In this document: positions 27,615 to 30,822 of the stretch, piece after piece
Layout of the letters: every line of letters starts with the position of its first letter
Numbering within the stretch: the stretch's first letter is position 1
Source: an uncultured Candidatus Binatia bacterium
GTDB lineage: Bacteria; Desulfobacterota; Binatia; UBA9968; JAJDTQ01
Reading direction: 5' to 3'
NCBI GenBank assembly: GCA_965213675.1
Contig: CBDCAF010000006.1
Location: forward strand, 1-30,822
DNA: 30,822 nucleotides
Made by a program: the position numbers and the translations under genes
Notes under the pieces: generated by a model
What the model saw: the letters and a program-made list of their open reading frames with translations, nothing else
Told to the model about the DNA's origin: nothing
Databases searched by the model: none

Positions 27615-28319
27615 TCAAGCCCGTTCAGGTGTGTCGTCCAGCAAAGTCCGGGCCGTTCGGAAGACACCGTGGAACATGGAAACGGTCAGCCGGCCGGTGA
27701 AGGTGTTCTGCTGGCTGGGGTGGTAGGAACCCAGCAACGTGACGCCGTTGTCGAGATCCTGACGGCTTCCGTGGCCGAAGCGCGGACGCGGGCGTGGGAG
27801 CGTCCCGCCCTGCTCCACCACTGCCTTGAGATAGGCGTCGAAGGCGATCTTGCCCAGCGCGATGACCACGCGCAGCCGTGGGAACAGGCGAAGCTCGCGC
27901 ACCAGGTGGCCGCGGCAGTTGTCGAATTCATCCCGCGCGGGCTTGTTGGCGGGGGGCGCGCAACGGACGGCCGCGGAGATGTAGCAGTCGGCGAGTTCCA
28001 GGCCGTCGTCGCGGTCCACAGACTCGGCCTGATTGGCAAAGCCGTGCTCGAAGAGCGCGCCGTACAACCAGTCGCCGCTGCGGTCGCCAGTGAACATGCG
28101 GCCGGTGCGGTTGCCGCCGTGGGCGGCCGGCGCCAATCCCACCACGAGAAGCCGCGCGCCGGGATCGCCGAAAGCCGGCAGGGGCCGTCCCCAATATGCG
28201 AGCCCGCGGTACCGGCGCGGCGGATTGGCCGCGGCCTCGGCCCGCCAGGCTACCAACCGGGGGCACTTCCGGCACCGGATGACCGCCCGGTTGATCCGTT
28301 GGAGTGAATCGGTAGGCAT
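27615..28319 (-). CDS. udgB: Uracil-DNA glycosylase family 5 (4Fe-4S)
   Basis: CRKCPRL, GLAPAAHGGNRTGRMFTGDRSG, VRCAPPANKP, SYHPSQQNT.TG. Confidence 0.9.
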   Translation of the reverse strand: MPTDSLQRINRAVIRCRKCPRLVAWRAEAAANPPRRYRGLAYWGRPLPAFGDPGARLLVVGLAPAAHGGNRTGRMFTGDRSGDWLYGALFEHGFANQAESVDRDDGLELADCYISAAVRCAPPANKPARDEFDNCRGHLVRELRLFPRLRVVIALGKIAFDAYLKAVVEQGGTLPRPRPRFGHGSRQDLDNGVTLLGSYHPSQQNTFTGRLTVSMFHGVFRTARTLLDDTPERA

Positions 28320-28365
28320 GCACCGAGGAAATAGCGCATGCGACCGCAACGCACCACCCGCCCCA

Positions 28366-28462
28366 CCTGGATCCCCGCCCTCGATCGGGTCGAGGGTAAA
28401 CCCCCGATCAGGTCGGGGGTAAACTTTCGCGGGAATGACATTTGTGCGCTGTGGGAATGACG
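28366..28462. repeat. Family A repeat variant with duplicated inner hairpin
   Basis: CCTGGATCCCCG-CCCTCGATCGGGTCGAGGGTAAA-CCCCCGATCAGGTCGGGGGTAAA-CTTTCGCGGGAATGAC, with an extra GTGGGAATGACG at 28451. Confidence 0.8.
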
Positions 28463-28606
28463 AAAGACGCGAACCGGGAAGGACGAAGGAGCAAGCGGAC
28501 TCTGGAATGTACAGGGGTGGGCAGGAAAGACTCTTGCGTTTCCCAGGGTTGTGCGCTATTCACGCGGTCAGCAATTTGTATTCCAAGCCGTCGTGTCTTA
28601 CCGAAC

Positions 28607-29629
28607 ATGTCCGTCTTCAAGATCGTATGGATCGCGGTCGTAGGGATCGCGGCACTCGCGTTGCTCCTGGCTTCGCCCGGGATTGCGTCCCAACGGGTCG
28701 CCCTGGTCATCGGCAACAGCGACTACACGCGCATTGCCGCGCTCGACAGTCCGGTGAACGACGCGCATTTGATGACGGCGGCCCTCCGAAGAGTCGGCTT
28801 CGACGTCATCGACGGCACCGACATGACCAAGGGCGCGATGGAGTCGGCCATCATCGACTTCGGCCGGCGCCTGCGCGGGGCGGGACCTCACGCCCAAGGA
28901 CTGTTCTACTATTCCGGACACGGCGTTCAGTCGCGCGGGGTCAACTATCTGATTCCGCTGGATGCCCCCATCACCGAGGAGAGCCACCTGGCGATCAAGG
29001 CGGTGCCCGCGTGGTGGGTGCTGGACCAGATGGACGACGCGCAGAATCGGCTGAACCTCGTGGTGCTCGATGCCTGCCGCAACAACCCCTTCAAGGCCGG
29101 CAGGGACAAGAACCCCATTGGCCGGGGCGGGTTGCAGGTGGTCGACGCGCCCACCGGCACCTTGATCGCCTACGCCGCGGCGCCGGGCAGAGTCGCCTTT
29201 GACGGACGCGGGGTGAATTCCATCTACTCCCCGTTTACCCAGGCTTTGGTCGAGGCCATGGAACTTCCAGGTCTGCAAGTCGAAGATGTCCTGAAGCGCG
29301 TGCGAAAGACCGTGCGTACAAGGACCGAAAACCGCCAGCAGCCGTGGTGGGCGAGTTCGCTGGAGGGGCGTTTCACGTTCCGCGGCCAGTCTTCCGATGG
29401 AGTCCCGGATGCTGTGGAGTCTGCTGCGGCGACGCCCGTCCTCCCTGATGCGAGGGCGCGGAGCCGGAGTTTCGTCAAGCCATTGGTCCTCGACGACACC
29501 GACAGCCGGTTGTGGCTGAGGGTCAAGGGAAGCTGCGTCCTCGTGGACGAGTACTACAAGCGCTATCCCAACGGCCGGCACATCTCGGAGTACTGGGAAA
29601 GAAGACGCGAGTGCGCCGCCGCGCCCTGA
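28607..29629 (+). CDS. Secreted caspase-family (peptidase C14) protein
   Basis: Signal-peptide-like N-terminus, RVALVIGNSDY, PVNDA, FYYSGHG (His), VLDACRNNPF (Cys), YAAAPG..A.DG, SPFT.AL, QQPW. Confidence 0.9.
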   Translation: MSVFKIVWIAVVGIAALALLLASPGIASQRVALVIGNSDYTRIAALDSPVNDAHLMTAALRRVGFDVIDGTDMTKGAMESAIIDFGRRLRGAGPHAQGLFYYSGHGVQSRGVNYLIPLDAPITEESHLAIKAVPAWWVLDQMDDAQNRLNLVVLDACRNNPFKAGRDKNPIGRGGLQVVDAPTGTLIAYAAAPGRVAFDGRGVNSIYSPFTQALVEAMELPGLQVEDVLKRVRKTVRTRTENRQQPWWASSLEGRFTFRGQSSDGVPDAVESAAATPVLPDARARSRSFVKPLVLDDTDSRLWLRVKGSCVLVDEYYKRYPNGRHISEYWERRRECAAAP

Positions 29630-29701
29630 TGTCCCCGACCCTCCACCCCCCTCTTCATCACGTCGTTCCACCTCATCACTTCGTTGCACTCGCCCGGCGG
29701 T

Positions 29702-30822
29702 TCAGTGCAGCACCACCGCCAGCAATTCCCGCGGCACGCGGTTGACCATGACGGCGGCGGCCTCTTCGGTCGCTTCGGTCACCGGAACGATGGCGCACTG
29801 GCCGCTGCCGCCCCCGTTTCCATCCTGTCCAAACCGCCCCGCGTTGCCCTCGTTGCCGCCGGCGCCCCGTTCAGGCCGGTTCGTGAAAGGGTCGTTCGCG
29901 ATATGTTCGTCCAGCTCCGGGATTTCCCCGGGCGCCCCGGGGCCTCCGGGGGCTCCGTCACGACCGCCGGCGCCGCCCTGGCCGCCCGCACAGTCGAGCA
30001 CGACGGCGGTCTCGAGTTCACGGGTGGCGAGTATCACCGTGATGTTCCCACCCTGGCCGCCATCGCCGCCATTGCCCCCTTCGCCGCCGTCACCCCCGTC
30101 CCCGCCATCGCCGGAGAAGTAGCCGTTGCCGCCGGTCCCGCCCCGGCCGCCGGCGCCGCCATCACCCCCATTGCCGCCGTCGCCGCCCCGGCTGGAGATG
30201 GTAAGGGGCGCACCGTGGAGACGGCGGATGTAATACGCGGGCGGCTCCCCGGGGGCGCGCACCTCCAACAGCACCAACCGTTCCAACGCGTCGAGCGTGC
30301 GCACCTCGCGGGCCACCACCCGGAGGTCCGGTCCGTAACCGCCATGCGTCCCGTGCTGGCCGAAACCGCCGCGCCCGCCGGACCGGCCGTCGCCGGCGCG
30401 ACCGAACATGCGGCCGTTGTCGCGCCCGCGCGCCCCGTCGCGGCCGTTCCGTCCGGGGCTGCCGTCCCGGCCCGGCCTCCCCGTGAAAGACAGCACGTCC
30501 TGCTTCATGAGCGGGACGAGACCGAGAAAGTCGGCGGCGTACCGTTGCCGGATCGACAAGGCGCCCGCACCGGACGCATCCCGGTATTCCACCGAAACGA
30601 CGAGCGAGCGGCCGATGAGCGTCCTGGGCTTGGCGAAGCGCACCGTATGAGTCCTGGGCTCGTAGACACCGTTCTCCACCCGAACCACCAACCGCGACGA
30701 GGGCAGCGGGTACGTGTTGTCGAGGTGCGATCCTCGTCCTTCGCGACCCAGGACCCAGGTCCTTCCGGCGGCATCCTTCACCCTTAGGTCCAGTCTGGCG
30801 CTTTCGCCCGGTATGATCGTTC
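29702..30822 (-). CDS. Glycine-rich (GXX/GGX repeat) protein, 5' end beyond window
   Basis: The frame is open to the window edge (TIIPGESARLDLRVKDAAG...). Blocks GRPGRDGSPGRNGRDG and GGDGGNGGDGGAGG are separated by hydrophobic strand-like segments. Confidence 0.75.
   Translation of the reverse strand, partial: TIIPGESARLDLRVKDAAGRTWVLGREGRGSHLDNTYPLPSSRLVVRVENGVYEPRTHTVRFAKPRTLIGRSLVVSVEYRDASGAGALSIRQRYAADFLGLVPLMKQDVLSFTGRPGRDGSPGRNGRDGARGRDNGRMFGRAGDGRSGGRGGFGQHGTHGGYGPDLRVVAREVRTLDALERLVLLEVRAPGEPPAYYIRRLHGAPLTISSRGGDGGNGGDGGAGGRGGTGGNGYFSGDGGDGGDGGEGGNGGDGGQGGNITVILATRELETAVVLDCAGGQGGAGGRDGAPGGPGAPGEIPELDEHIANDPFTNRPERGAGGNEGNAGRFGQDGNGGGSGQCAIVPVTEATEEAAAVMVNRVPRELLAVVLH

Noticed and set aside
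29655-29690. Two 18-bp tandem units (15/18 identical) between convergent genes
   Set aside because: Only two imperfect copies and no other occurrence seen; no function supportable.

Overview
High-GC bacterial chromosomal window. The gene set (LLM oxidoreductase, stand-alone trpBA, family-5 UDG, secreted caspase) fits a deltaproteobacterium-like or other environmental organism, but that is inference only. Order: MEKHLA-domain gene; AttEFGH-like ABC operon (TIGR01777 epimerase, ATPase, double-FtsX permease, lipocalin-like protein) interrupted by an IS3 right-end remnant; trpB-trpA; MDR oxidoreductase; panE; alpha/beta hydrolase; cyclophilin; two IMPase-family genes around an AHL-lactonase-like MBL; DUF2007, surE, argS; a decayed type I R-M island; ppk2; FAD/Fe-S oxidoreductase-thrC-like-LLM operon; family-5 UDG; secreted caspase-like protease; and a glycine-rich protein cut by the window edge. 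The most notable non-routine structure is threefold. (1) In the R-M island, two 249-bp copies of the hsdM 3' tail bracket a fic gene, each tail is stop/start-coupled to the next ORF, and the first hsdM has lost its catalytic core. (2) A dispersed ATTCCC-N8-GGGAAT (dRS3-like) palindromic repeat carries a nested hairpin insert in 1 or 2 copies. (3) A 161-bp fully fold-back MITE-like element. No tRNA, rRNA or CRISPR array was seen.
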